This document shows positions 11,700-25,900 of a DNA stretch of 64,000 nt, in pieces. Made by a program: the position numbers and the translations under genes. The notes below the pieces were generated by a model. That model saw only the letters and a list, made by a program, of their open reading frames with translations, was not told the origin of the DNA and made no database searches. Source of the DNA: Octopus bimaculoides (lineage: Eukaryota); assembly GCF_001194135.2 (NCBI RefSeq), contig NC_068986.1:72228916-72292915 (forward strand), read 5' to 3'. How positions within the stretch are numbered: position 1 is the first letter of the stretch; each line of letters begins with the position of its first letter.

Positions 11700-12830
11700 A
11701 GAGAAAGGCTTGCAAAAGATTAGAAGAATGGCGGCAACAGAGAATTATATCAAGTAATTAGAAGAGACACAACAGGTTAGGAAGAGAAGTAAAAAGTAAG
11801 AGGGTTACCAACGTTCTACTGATTGAGGACCAGAGGCATGAAGCGTATCAGAGAAATGAGACCTTGTGGACACATGGGAAATAGATTTTCTCAAATGCCC
11901 AGAAGGATCACAACAGGTAGCAGATAGCTCCTATTTCCTATGTAACCTAATTGGCAGTGGCGAAGGATGCTCTGAAAGCAGTCTCTTGAATAAGAAGCAG
12001 CTGGAAAAAGTTCAGAGAGTTATTACCTCTATTGGTAACAAGAGGCCTTTCTCTCAAAGTGAAAGGCCGATTGTATACAACTCATTCATGCACACTAACA
12101 TTATGCACCCAGCAGAGCATTTTGATCTCCATTCTTTTCATATCCTCTATAATCAATACCTATGTTTTGCTATCATGCAATATCACATTTAGTACATAAG
12201 TGTCATGCAATCCACCCTAAACTTGATGACAGAATTTTTTTGTTGCCAGTTGTAATAGCACTCTGAACTTTTTCCTCTGTTCTTATACTGGCTATTATAC
12301 TTTCAGAACACCTACTTCCACTACTAAGTAGACTACCTAGATAAAAGAAAGTCTCTCTCTGTCAGTTTGCTTGTGATATCACTACAATTTATGCACCTAT
12401 ACTTTACATATAATACGAAAGTTTCCGCATACTCTTTTTCTATTCATCTGAGGTGGCCACCTCCCAATTGGCAGAAGAATCCCATCTTTTGTGCAAACTA
12501 AAACTTTCATTATTGCTAGATTTACTTCATAGCCTCTAGATTTGAGACTTTGCTTCCACATTTGGAATTTCCTCTCCAAGTTTTCAACAGATGAGAACTA
12601 GGTCATTGGCTGGTGCCACTTAAAAAGCACTCATGCCAGTGCTACATAAGAGCACCTGTAACAGTGACTGTAAAAAGCACCCAGCACACACTGTTAAGTG
12701 GTTGGTATTAAGAAGGGCATCCAGCTGTAGAAACCATGCCACAACAGACAGTTGTAGTTTGGACAGCTCCATCTTAAACTGTTCAACTCACACCAGAATG
12801 GGGACTAGACATTAAATGATGATGATATCC
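11700..12830. mobile_element. Cluster of decayed RTE-LINE fragments and an RTE tail (12600-12830, +)
   Basis: QQVADSSYFLCNLIGSGEGCSES (+); KQSLKSRGYEVNLAIMKVLV (-); (GAT)n tail at 12818-12827. Confidence 0.55.
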
Positions 12831-13325
12831 TCATGGACAGCTGATCTCAAACCCCTGTTATGGTACATTGAACTATAATGAACTGGACAAGATGAGAATG
12901 AAGCCCTGATACACATTTACAAGCATACTAACTTGTCTGAACTCACTGCTAATACTTACCTTAGTGATATACAATTACAGCCATGCTACATTCTTGTCTA
13001 AATTCAATGTTTATGTTTGTTATATTTTCTCTCTACACTGCTGGAATAACTAACATACTTCATCTGCATCAAACTAGGGTGTCAAAGGAAAGCCTTCAAC
13101 TGGTCAATGAATGTGAGGTATGGCAGTGTTAGTGTAACCACATATTTATTAACCATGCATAGTACAATGTATCTTTTGATCAGGTTGCTACAGATTACTT
13201 ATTTCCTTTGACAACATTGAGTGCCCCAAGAGTTAGCTTACTTACATTGAATTTTTGTCATAAATGCTTGTACTTAAAATGGAAAGAAATGAAAAATCAA
13301 GAAAGATGATACAAAACATGAAGTT

Positions 13326-13331
13326 TTTATT
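13326..13331 (-). terminator. Putative polyadenylation signal AATAAA of DDX47
   Basis: tttatt on the + strand, 16 nt downstream of the stop codon. Confidence 0.5.
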
Positions 13332-13346
13332 TTCAACATACTACAG

Positions 13347-13451
13347 TTAATGTTTTTTCTTCTTCTTAAACTTCTTTTTTGGTCCAGAATATGCTTCTAC
13401 TTCTTCATCATCTTTATGTTTTCGTTTCTTATTAAAACTTTCTGACAGTTC
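13347..13451 (-). CDS. DDX47: DDX47 exon 13 ([11 protein letters not shown]...KKKKKH*)
   Basis: 105 nt, cag acceptor, lysine-rich tail, TAA stop. Confidence 0.85.
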   Translation of the reverse strand, partial: ELSESFNKKRKHKDDEEVEAYSGPKKKFKKKKKH

Positions 13452-16400
13452 CTGGAATAATTTGGGAAAAAATTATTTTTGTCTCTATAATATATGACCA
13501 TATAAAATAAAACCCTACATAATTATCAAATTACATCATAGATGACCTATTTTAGCCATTAAAAAAAGGTGTAAATTTTTTTATTTATTTATTTATTTGT
13601 GTTAAAAGAATTGTGTCAGTCACCAATTTGCAGTGAGGTGATGAAAATTTTGATATTCAAGAAACAGATGAAAGTTGAATTTAATAGTTTTTGTTTATTT
13701 TTATATAAATAAAACGGTTCTTTCACATCTCAGACTATATACTTATGTTTACCACTAATTTCAATCTGTTCAAAAAAAAATCTAACTGGTGAGATGATTA
13801 GCTTCTGCAACTGCATCTTGCTGAATTATACAGAATATACATCCTAGGTTGGTATAAAAAAATATGTGTGTGTGTATATATTTTCAATTGGGTATAAACC
13901 TTGTAGTTTGCTTTATAAACACATATAAATGCAAAAAAAGTATCTGCTGGTAAAGTGAAGAGGAAACAATTGTAGTATAATGCAACAAAGTATATTTGTT
14001 CAATCCAATCTCTTAGTTACACTTATAAGTATTACAAATGATGTTCTATAGAACCAAGTAGTGTTAATGATTGTAAGTATACTCACTAGCTTTGCTAAAC
14101 GTTGTGCTTCTGAAACCCGCTCAGTCAATAACATTACTTCCTCTTCTTCAACTTTAAATAATGGAAGTTTCTTTCCAATCAAATGTTCAATTCTCTGGTA
14201 TAGTTCCACATCATATCTAAAATGACAAAGTAATTGTACTTCTGTTGAATCAATGAAATTTTACAGTGGTTGACAACTATGACAAAATCCAGATTATGAT
14301 TTCTAATCTCCTACGGTTCAGACTAAATTCAATAAGAATACCAGGCCAGGAGCTACTTGCCATAAATTTTAGGGTTGCTTTAACTGAGGAAATAACAACT
14401 TTGAAGATATTTCTACAATACTTGTTACAAAGCATAAAATTCTTTGAGCATACCAAATATTAAAAAATAAGCTTATTCATTATTTCATGATTTTTAAACT
14501 TGAAATACACTTACTTTTTTTTACATGGCACTAGAAATAATCACTATAACTTTATGTCTAGATTCATCATCATTTAACATTTGTTTTCCATGCTGGCAAG
14601 CTAGAGAGCTGCATCAGGCTCCAGTTCTCCACCTACCAGCTTCTGTCAAACCATATCTTTGATCGATTTTATCTCTAAAACATCATCACCATCTTCATGA
14701 TTTAAAGTCCATGTCCTCAGAAGTCATGGTTGGGTGGTTTTTGCAGGATCTGATGGGTCCAAGGATTGCATCATGCTCCAATGTCTGCTTTGGCATGCTT
14801 CCTATGGATACCCTTTCTAATACCACCCACTTTACAGTGAGTATTGGGTGCTTTCTTGAGCCACCAACACTAGTGAGATGATTATGCAGCTTGCAAGCCT
14901 ACAAAACTTGAGGAGAGAGGCTTCATGCTAACAGGTGAGGGCTAAGGATTGAGAGAAGAGGATGGGGCAGAGCAAGTTTTTGTTGTGGGGGGAGCTACAT
15001 TTTACAAAATATTCAAATCTATTTGACTGACAGTTGTGACCATGACTGTCAATATTTTATGACAGTAATCATTGTTTTATTATAGGTAAAGAACTTCTAG
15101 TCTAACAAAAGAAGTAATATAAATTAGACGATCTAATTTTAATATTATTATTATTGTTATTATTACACTTGAGTTATACAAATTTTATTATCTTTCTTAC
15201 AGTATATTTTCATATTCATTGAATCATACATTAGAAATACTCACTGTGTTACAAAAGTTATGGATTTGCCTGATCGTCCAGCTCGAGCAGTTCGTCCAAC
15301 ACGGTGAATATAATCTTTAGAACGCATTGGGATATCAAAATTAATTACTATGTCCACATGGGGAATGTCAAGACCTCTGGCAAATACAAAAGAATACATG
15401 CTTATTTCTATTATCAATGTAGGAAAGAATGGATTACTTACATTTAGCATTATTGGTTCTCATATTTCTAATTTGGATTGGGTTATAGGGGTTTAGCAGA
15501 ACTGTTTATGTAGACTTCAGGATATTAATTATATAAATGTGTTGAAGATGAAGAAATAAACAAAAACAGCAAGTGTAGGGAATTTGTCAGTCAAAGCTAC
15601 ATAAAAATTTGACATGACTTAGAAAAACTGGTGCTTTATCTACCATCATCATTATACTAAAGAGTCATCTTGGTGAAACTCATATTTCCCAACTAAAGGA
15701 AAACAGAAGTTTTATTTAACCTAAGGAGATGACGCATCAGAAAAGAAAAATAACACTCATCTATTGCATGATTATAGTAATGTTCATTAAAAAAGTATAT
15801 TTGCCAAAGATTACATACATATTTAGTTTACATTATAAAAGTTAGATATTTTATTTTTTATCCTGCTACCAATTCAATTCTAACAAAGAGAAGGAAAGAG
15901 AAAAGTTAATTACAATATATTTTCACTAAAAATACAGTAGCTCATACGTTTTTAAGAGAGTAAATTAATAGGAACCGATAATGAGGTTGCTTATTTTTAG
16001 AATGACATTAAGAGTAGGTGTGAGAGGCTATGCTAAAGGGTTAAAAAATATTAATAATTTTAACCTTTACAGAATTTAAATTTCACTAAATGCCAACAGG
16101 TAAAAATTAATTATAAAAAGAATACAGATTTTATAAAATAAGCAAAAGCTGAGAATTTAAACTGCAAAACTTGATTTTACTCAAAGGTTGCAAATTAAAG
16201 AAAACAATTTCAGTGTTGGTTGTTTCAGTCAATCCAACAGAAAATCAAATAGCCTACACATTTGTTATCTGAAGGGTTAGCTTAAAACAAAAATGTATCA
16301 AATTGCTGAACTGACTTCAGCAAAGTAAGCATCAAATAAGCTCAACTTGCTCCTTTCAAGTAAAATGATCATCAAAATCTCTGGAGAAACCCAAACAAAA

Positions 16401-19400
16401 TGAATCAAACTTGGTGGAATATGTGTGGAGTGCTACACAACTGTACACAGCATAAAAGAACATGGATAAGAAGAGAAAAGCTTGGCATATATGGGGTGTT
16501 GAGCCTTTTAAACATTTGTTCAGTTACCTTCATCTCAGGTTCATTTGAGGAGGGCACACTGAAACTACTCTAGAAAACATTTGTCCTAACAAACAATTTA
16601 ATAAAAATGATTGAATTTGTTGTAGAATCTAAATCATATCAAAATGAAAGAAAAGCTCATTGTTCCATGAGCTCTGGAGGTTCATAGAGCCAGTGATTAA
16701 CTCTACTTATTGTAACATTAAAAAAGCTGAAGGTAAACTTCCTCCTGTATAAGATACTAGACAATTATAGAAAGCCTAAGATTGATTCACCAGCTAGAAG
16801 AAAACTAAAGGTCTAGGTGTAAGTAATTAACTCTAGGATGAAACACTTTCAATAAAATATAAATTTATAATTAGAGGCATCATTCAAAATATTCATTTGG
16901 TTATTTCACCTTTATCAATCAATCAATGCATGCATGGAAAAATGTATATGAAAAAATATTTATACTGTAGAAAGAAAAGTTGATTGCAACATACCTACTA
17001 GCAACATCAGTTGCAAGCAGAACAGAATTAGACTTGCTGCGAAATTTGTTGAGTGATCCAAGTCTCTTTTCCTTTGGTTAAGAAAATCAAAATATATTTT
17101 TAAAAAAGCAAAATGCATATAAAAATTATCAATAATTAAAAAAGATTAAAGTTAAAACCTTAAAATGTTAATAGAAAGTATATAAAAGACAACAATTTTG
17201 AATATTAATAAACTCAGTCTACTAATTGGATGCTTTTTCCAACCTTTTCCACATGAAAGTTTATAATCAGAATAATATTGTATAAATTTTTTTTAATGGG
17301 TTGGTGAAAAGAGGAAGAACAGTGCTCATGACACTTTTCAGGGACTCTGAGACTTGTAAGAGGAAATTATTCCTGACTGGAAATTTATCATGAATACTTG
17401 CAACAGTGGGACTCCACTAAAGGCATTTAAGGGCTAACTAGTGTTTTTAAACCAAATGACAGTTTAAGTGTAACACCTAAAAACAGAAACAAACCAACCA
17501 ACAGGCTCACATAATTCCTGTCTACTGAAATTTCAGTCAGTACCAAAGTCAATCCAGAGTTATGGAAGAAAACATTTGACGAAGGAACCACACTGTGGGA
17601 TTGAACTCAAAACCTTCTAGTTGCAAAATTAACTTCTTAACACAGCTATGCCTAACCTGTAGTCTTAAAAGGATACTCTAAATGAAAATTATTTCATTTG
17701 TAGTAGGAAGTCTTACAAATAAGACCAAAAACTGAAATCAAAATAACTAAAACTTTACTAGCATGAAAGAACATTTAAGTTGGATAATTTAAGTTTTTCT
17801 TAGCCACTGTTATAAAGGTATTATAATTGTTAAAATTTAACCCACCTGTGAAAGTTGACCATGTAAAGGAATTGCACTTATGCCAAGGTTACGTAACATC
17901 AGAGCAATACGTTGAGTACTAGAACAGGTATTACAGAAAATGATACAAGACTTCCCTGATTGTTCATTCAATACAAAAGTGAGGTAAACATCCTGGAAAA
18001 GATTTTTAAATGAATGAAGAAACATTAGAGAAAAATTTAAACAAAATTTTGAATTCTTTTAAAATGAAATTAGCTTGTGTGATAATTCATTTGGTTAAGA
18101 AGTCAGGAGAAGCTTTAAGCATAAGTCTTTAAAATCTAGTTGAACAAACTATTAAAGACTTAGTCCACAGCATTATTAGATTCAGCTTGCAATAAATATT
18201 GTTGTTGTTGGCACTCCGTCGCTTACGACGTCGAGGGTTCCAGTTGAACCGATCAATGGAACAGCCTGCTCGTGAAATTAACGTGCAAGTGGCTGAGCAC
18301 TCCACAGACATGTGTACCCTTAACGTAGTTCTCGGGGATATTCAGCATGACACAGTGTGACAAGGCTAACCCTTTGAATTACAGGCACAACTGAAACAGG
18401 AAGTAAGAGTGAGAGAAAGTTGTGGTAAAAGAGTACAGCAGGGTTCGCCACCATACCCTGCCGGAGCCTCGTGGAGCTTTAGGTGTTTTCGCTCAATAAA
18501 CACTCACAATGCCCGGTCTGGGAATCGAAACCGCGATCCTATGACCGCAAGTCCGCTGCCCTAACCACTGGGCCATTGCGTCTCCACTGCAATAAATATA
18601 TATTTTGAAGAATAATCAACAGCAGGCAAGAAAGCTCTTTTTTTTAACAAAACTAATATAAATTTGAAGAAATGAGATAATCATTAAAATAACAAATATA
18701 TTATTATGTAGGATGTTGTTGTCTAGCCCTAGGTCAGTACTAATCAAGAAGAGGCATTACATTATCCTAGATGCATGTCTCCTTTTTTAAAACCTTACAG
18801 TATGTATGAGGAAATGGCTGATATTTCTAGCAGGTTGAATGACCATGTAGAATCCTCTTTGGTTTATGTAAACAGTTATTAAATCTATCTGGTTATCATG
18901 TATGATTATAAAGGAAACCAACATTTTTACTTTTTTTTTTTAATACAAGAACAGCGTACAAATATTGACTATAAGAGCATTGATTTAATCATTCTTAGAT
19001 TTCTCTCCCTGCTGTAACTCCACTATTGTTAATCAATAGAACATTGATATGGCTAAGCTTAATTTCAATAAATTTCAAATATAGCTTAGTAAATAATCAG
19101 ATATTTTGTCAACTAAACAATAATATTGGCGTTATAAACAGCAAGCCATTATTATTCTGTCTAATTTCAGCAAAACAAGTTGACTTTCCAAAAATCAGTA
19201 CCTCACTCGGTATTTCTGATTTTTTAATTCACGCATTTGATTTAGATGATATCTTCACCATCCTCATCATGATCATTTAACATTCATCATCCATGCTGAG
19301 TGGAGTTGGATAGTTTGACAGGATGACAAACTGCAGGACTGTGGCAAGTTCCAACGTTAGCTTTTGCATGATTTCTATGGGTGGATGCCCTTCCTAATGC

Positions 19401-19964
19401 CAGACACTTTACAGTGTGCACTAGATGATTTTTTTTATGGCATCAGCACTAGTGAGGTCCTTTTGACTTGCAAGACAAGAATAACTCCTCTGAGTAAGGA
19501 CGTAATATTGAAGGAGATAGCTTTTGCCAGATGTTAAGAGATTAAAGTATGATAGTGGAAAAGGAACTGATGTTTTCCAGTAGAGGAGATACATGGCTAC
19601 CCAAGCTAGAAAGAGAGAAAATATGGTGGTGGTGTAGTGTTGGGGGCATACCCTCAAGGTAGAAGATGTGAATATAACAGAGAAAAAGAGCAGAGGATTG
19701 GAAAGGGTGGGTGGGTAAAATCAAGAGAGTGAATTTAAAAGTACCTTAAATCTAGCTGGAATGAATAAATAGAATTGCTGGAGTTTGTCTACTGTTGTAT
19801 ATTTGGTTGAGACTTCCAGTCGCACTGGATTTTTCAAAGATGCCCGTTGAAGTTTAGCAACCTGAAACAAAGAAAAGTCAATGTGAAAATTCAAGAAAAG
19901 ACACTTGAAACACACGTAAAGCTAAGGGAAATATGAACTTACTCACACACACACACACATTTAA

Positions 19965-19995
<31 letters not shown>

Positions 19996-22900
19996 TATAT
20001 CCCATAAATTGTACGAACTAAAAGTCAGAGGGGGACAGGGTAAACTACCTGCATCAACTTGCTATAAAAGCAGGTAGTAATTTTACCTTTTCCTTATTCT
20101 TACAAGTTTTGAAGAGTACAGTTCGATTTTAACAGTTATTTTTTCAAAGCTATAATGGAAGTGACAAAGGAGCATATTCGGCATATTTTGCTTTATGAGT
20201 TCAATAAAGGCAACAACGCAACGAAAAGTGCGAGGAATATTAATGTAATTAATATATGGAGATCGAACAATAAGCATAAGCTAGTATCCATGATGGTTCC
20301 AGAAATTTCAAGCCAGCAACTACAGCCTAGAAGATGAGCCTCGCCTTGGAAGATCTATAGAGCTCGACAAAAATGTCCTGCAAACCCTGGTGGAAGAAAA
20401 TCCCATCATAACTGTTGAAGAACTAGCAGAGAATCTTGAATTTGGTCATTCAAGTCAGTGCTAGAAGGAAAACGACCAAAGGTGTTCTTCCATCAGGATA
20501 ATGCTCGGCCATATACAGCAAGGATATTCCAAAAGCTAGAGCAGGTTGAATGGGAAATGATCTCCCCCACTATATTTGCCAGACATTGCCCCATATGATT
20601 ATCATATATTTCACAGTCTTCAAAACCGTTTGGATAGAAAAAATATGAATTCTGTAGATGAGGTCAGAACTGTACTGGAGGAGTAATTTTCATCATGGTC
20701 AAGTGAATTTTGGAAGAAGGGCCTTGCAAGTCTACCAGATAGATGGAAGAGCATTGTAGAATATGAAGGAGAATATATTTTAGATTTAAAAAGAACTTTG
20801 TTTATCTTAATTTTGAAAAATAAACGTAGTATAAAAAAACCACATTATTTATGGGATGACCCAATATATATTTCATTTATCTTTTACTTGTTTCAATCAT
20901 TAGACTGTGGCCATAATGGTGCACTACCTTGAAGAATTTCAGTTTAACTTATTGACCCCAGTACTTCTTTTTTTTTAAAGCTGATACTTATTTTATTGAA
21001 CTGCCAAGTTAAGGGGACACCAACACCAATTGTCAAGTGATGATGGGGACAAACACAGACACATGTATATATATATATGTATTCAACTTGTTTCTTTCAG
21101 TTACCATCTACTAAATCCACTCACAAGGCTTTGTCAGCCCAATGCTATAATATCAGGTCATGAAGAATGAAATGTCCAATTTTCTTATGCACCAAGTTTG
21201 ACAGTTGTTAACTCTAATGTTTTATCCTGACAATTCTTTGTTTTACAACATTGAAGAGTTACATCATCACTTTTCGAAATGCAATTCATGGTGTCTGATT
21301 ATATTGTGAGTTTTCTCTTGTAAATCAAGTTTTGTGAACCTACGGAGAGATAAAAAATTCATGTTGTTTATGAATATGAGTTCCATCAACCCAAAACCAT
21401 GTGACTGGAAAGTGAGCTTCTTAACTGCACAGTCATGCCTGCACCTATTTACATTAATACATTAATTTCCTGAATGGAGATAATTCTAAAAACAATGTTA
21501 ACCCTGGGAAAAATAATCTTCTGTTTCGCAAATTGCTGACCTAAATGAAGCACTAAGTGCAAACTGAAAAGGCCTTCTTTTTTTTCTAATTCTATGAGTC
21601 TAGCAACTAAACTGCAGCACATTGCTTAAAATAGTATTTGTTTATCATATTTGTATTAATCTGTGATACATAAGGGAAAACCTAATTAACTGCAGTTGCA
21701 TATAACAAACTTTTATTCAGCCCAATGATTTTTTTTCAGTCATTGTTTTACTGTATCATTAATGACAGATTTTATTTTGGCAGGCAGCTGCCAGTGGATA
21801 CTGGTTATTGACAAAGTTCAAAGAAGCAGAAATGAATATCTAGCAGTGCCACCACTGCTGCTGAACTCATACATTTCTAAGTTATTTATCACTGTATATC
21901 TAAAAGAGATACTATCTCAGGATAAAACCATTGCATATAACAAATTCTAATTACTTAAATATATTCTTTTAATGTTCTAATTAATTAAACAGTGGTAAGA
22001 TTTAACCAAACTGGAAATTACTCAACATAATTATATATAATTAAAGAAAATAATATCAAACAAATAAAATTTTTCTTTTTTTCTTTTTGTTTTACCTTTT
22101 TGGTCATTGTTGCAGAGTAAAGATAAGTTTTTCGATCCCGAGGAAGAGCTTGCAATATTTTGTCAATCTGATAAAAGAAGTATTTCATGGTTAGTTGTAG
22201 CAAATATTTATTTAATTTGGTTCTTACTCATAGAAAATGGTAATAAAGGAGTTGAGCTTATTTTAAAGAAGACTTTGTGGACTTCTTTTGACTATTTCAA
22301 GTATTCATAAGTTTATCATTGATATTATTGCAATACATAGTCAACCTAAGAAAATTACAATTTCATTGACAATTTTTATGAAGTACCTTCCTGAATTTGC
22401 ATTCAGCCACAAAAATGAGCATTAATGCTAATAATTTTTTCGTTTCATTACATGTACCATCTTAATTGGTTCATTTTTTTTTATGCATTACATCCATCCA
22501 TCATTTTGAATCCAGGTTTTGTCCCCGTTAATGGGAGTGGCCGGATCTACCTCAATGCCATAGCAACCGCTCTCACACCATCTTTACCAGTTTTGGCCGT
22601 CCTCCCTTCTCAAGTCAACTCTCCCAATCTTCTCCACATTTTCCTCAGTCTACCTTGCTTTCGCTGTCCATTTACCTCAAACTCTAGCACCCTCTTCAGA
22701 ACATGCTTCTCATCCCTCCTCAACACATGCCCATACCACTGCACTCCATTTGCCCTTACCAGCTGTTCCACTGATTCCTCCAACCCTAGCATGCCCATCA
22801 AGTCCTCAGTCCTCTTATCAAACAGCCTCAGGCCACGCATTTCTCTCACCATTGCTCTCTCAGTCCTTCTCAAAATTGCCATCTCTCTTCCTCAAACACC

Positions 22901-25900
22901 ATGTCTCACTCCCATTCAGCATTACAGCTCTCACACAACTCCTATAGACCTTTCCTTTCGTCTTCAATGAGAACCTTTTCCCATATAACAACCCTCCACA
23001 TTCCCTGAACTTCACCCAGCCAAGTCTCGCACTTGCTGTTATAGCTGCTTCACATCCACCCTACCTCCCAAATAACAAAACCCTCTCAGTCTCCTCCTCA
23101 TTACATAGTGTTTCCATGACTTTGCCAGCCCTCCAGCTCCTTTCTCACATCTTCCACAAACAGACTCTCTTATCAGTTTTGGGGCCACCTTCTTCATTTT
23201 CATACATCTACCATGAATCCTTTTCTCATATATCGTACACAACACTGCATTTGCCATTACCCTCCTCCCACATACACCACATGGATCCACCTTACTCACA
23301 AACACTTCTTCCACCCCACTCACCATCACCCTTGTCTTCCCGAGGTTTACCTTCAAACCCTTGCTTTCAAACACCTCCTTCCATTTCCAAAACTTCTCCC
23401 TCAATCCCTCCATCGTTTCACTCATCAGAACAAGGTCATCTGCATACTGTATCTCCATTAGCAGTCCCTCTCTTGCACATCAACCACTATTGCAAACAAC
23501 AATGATGACAACACAGATCCCTGATGCACACCAACTTTCACCACAAACTTTGTATCAATAAAAAATAAATAAACTTACGTCATCTGTAAAATCCATGTTA
23601 AGAATTCTGTCTGCTTCATCCATAACCTAAATGAAATGTTCATATTAAAAGACATGAGAAGGTATATCTAAATAAAACTTCTGTAGTAAATAGTTTACTT
23701 CAATGTTTACATAAAAAGACATTTCAAAGTTTAAGGAACAAACTCAACAAATTCAATATCCTGGGTAAATCGAATTTTCTCAAACTGCAGTTCCTAGATA
23801 TAGACTGCCATTTGCTTCCGTTCAGAGTGAGATCTTTTCAATGAACAATGTTGATGTTCAAGGACTCAAGCAGATGTTTTTGTTTTTTGTAATCTGATGA
23901 AATCTTTTCATACCAGGAACTAATTCTCTCCACGTACTAATTACTTTAAAAGCCTGAAATCAAAACAGATGGCATGACCAACCCATCACATATAGTATTT
24001 GATGAGGTGAGCTATATAGAGACAATCTGCCTTTTCAAACATTTATGTGTCAGCTGTAAAAGATTTCCAACTGATGCTTTATGTAGATATCTTTAAGAAT
24101 CATTGATATAGAGTACATGTGTCTGATGACTGTGATAATGCAAGCATCACAGAAGCAAAGCTAGTTTCAAGTTCTTCATTTCTCCAGTGTCCCAGATGCA
24201 ACCAAAGCCTTCTTAATCCTTAAGTTGATCTTTGAATCTTTTCCTACCTTCATATTCTTCATCACCCTGCCTACCATACTGCAATCAACTTCAATGGATA
24301 GCCCCTTTGTAGGATCTATTTGAGATAGGCCCTCCTTCTTTGGTAATAGCAAGTCCACATTTCTTTCTTTACAGTATTAATAAAGGGCAACAGTACTATG
24401 GATACACTTCTCCCAATCATTCTGCTTTGATATCTGGAAAACCTTGTGCTTCAGTAATTTATGTCTTAGAACATTAACAACTTTTCACTTTTGCCTTATC
24501 CTCTGGTTAAGCATAGCTGGTATCTAGCTTTTCTTGCTACAGAAATATAAATAACCTCACATACATAAAAAAATTATACACAGACACTATTTACATACTT
24601 ATACATAAAAACAACCACATATATACAATCATGTATAAGGTGAAGAGTAGGGTAGAGCATTTGTTGTTGCTACTACTTGGTTTGGAGTGAGAAAAGTTAT
24701 GCATTTTTGTCAAAGATACATTGTCTTGGTGTTGACATAACTATTGCACTGCAACCCTTCACACTATTATCCTAATTGTTAAAACTGCATCCCAAGGAAT
24801 AAGCTCATTCTTCGCAAACAGAAAATAATTTACAACTAATCAGTTTTGGAAATAATACATTTTTAAATCTCTCAGAGAGATTTATGCAGTAGTGATACGA
24901 TGAAGTAGTTGTATGCTGTCAACTTAATGTGACAGTCCTCTGAAGGGAATAATACTACTGTTGGTTAGACCTAGGAAGCTGCACCGCTTCCTGTTGGCCG
25001 TGACACATTTCCTGTGTCCTTATGTTTACAAGGGAGAGACAAGCAGCCCCACCCAGCTAAGCCTGCATCCAGAGACAGGTTTCTAAGTCCTTGCTCGTCA
25101 TCAGTCTGGAGTAGCATGACCTGCTAGTCGAAGATGCCTGTCAAGCTCTTGTAAACATATAATAACAAGCAAAGACTCAGAAACATGTCTCTGGATGCAG
25201 GCTTAGCTGGGGGGGGGGGTGCTTGTCTCCCCCTTGTAAACATAAGGACACAGAAAATGTGTCAAGGCCGACAAGAAGTGGTACAGCTTCCTAGGTCTAA
25301 CCAACAGTAGTATTATTCCCTTCAGGGGACTGTCACATTAAGCTGACAGCATACAACTACTTCAACGAGAGGTATATACAGCAGAGAAAGTTACCACAAA
25401 GTTTTATACAGCAATATAAAAATTACTTTTATACTTACCAAATGTTTCAAAGCTTTCATATTGAAACCTTTTGTGTTTTCAAAATGGTCAACTAAACGCC
25501 CAGGTGTAGCTGAAAATAAAACAAATCAACAATAAAAAAAATCGGTTGTGCAGAATTTTGAATGAGGATATTTTCTATTCTATAACTTTAAACTTATCAG
25601 TGCCTTTCGGGTGGAGTTTGGTAAACAGAAATTATGTGGAAGCCCACTGAATAGAATATAGTTGAATTACTCTTGTAGGAGACACTGAATCTTGGAGGAA
25701 GGCAATGGCAAACTATGTCAGTAATGTCACAATAAAGATTTGTGAGTCCACACATCAATGAAGGGAATATAATAGATGAATTGAACTTACCATCTTACTG
25801 GCATTATTTTATTGACTTTGAAAGGATGAAATTCAAAACAACTATTGGCTAGCATTAAAAAATGCTGATGAAGCTCAATAGCCTTCTTGAACAGCTTGCA

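Noticed and set aside
16310-16380. C/D-box snoRNA-like TTGATGA...CTGA in a DDX47 intron
   Set aside because: Non-canonical box C, too short, weak terminal stem, no identifiable guide.
25860-25900. ctgatgaagctcaatagc...gaacagc hammerhead-like string
   Set aside because: GAAA and the stems are not intact.
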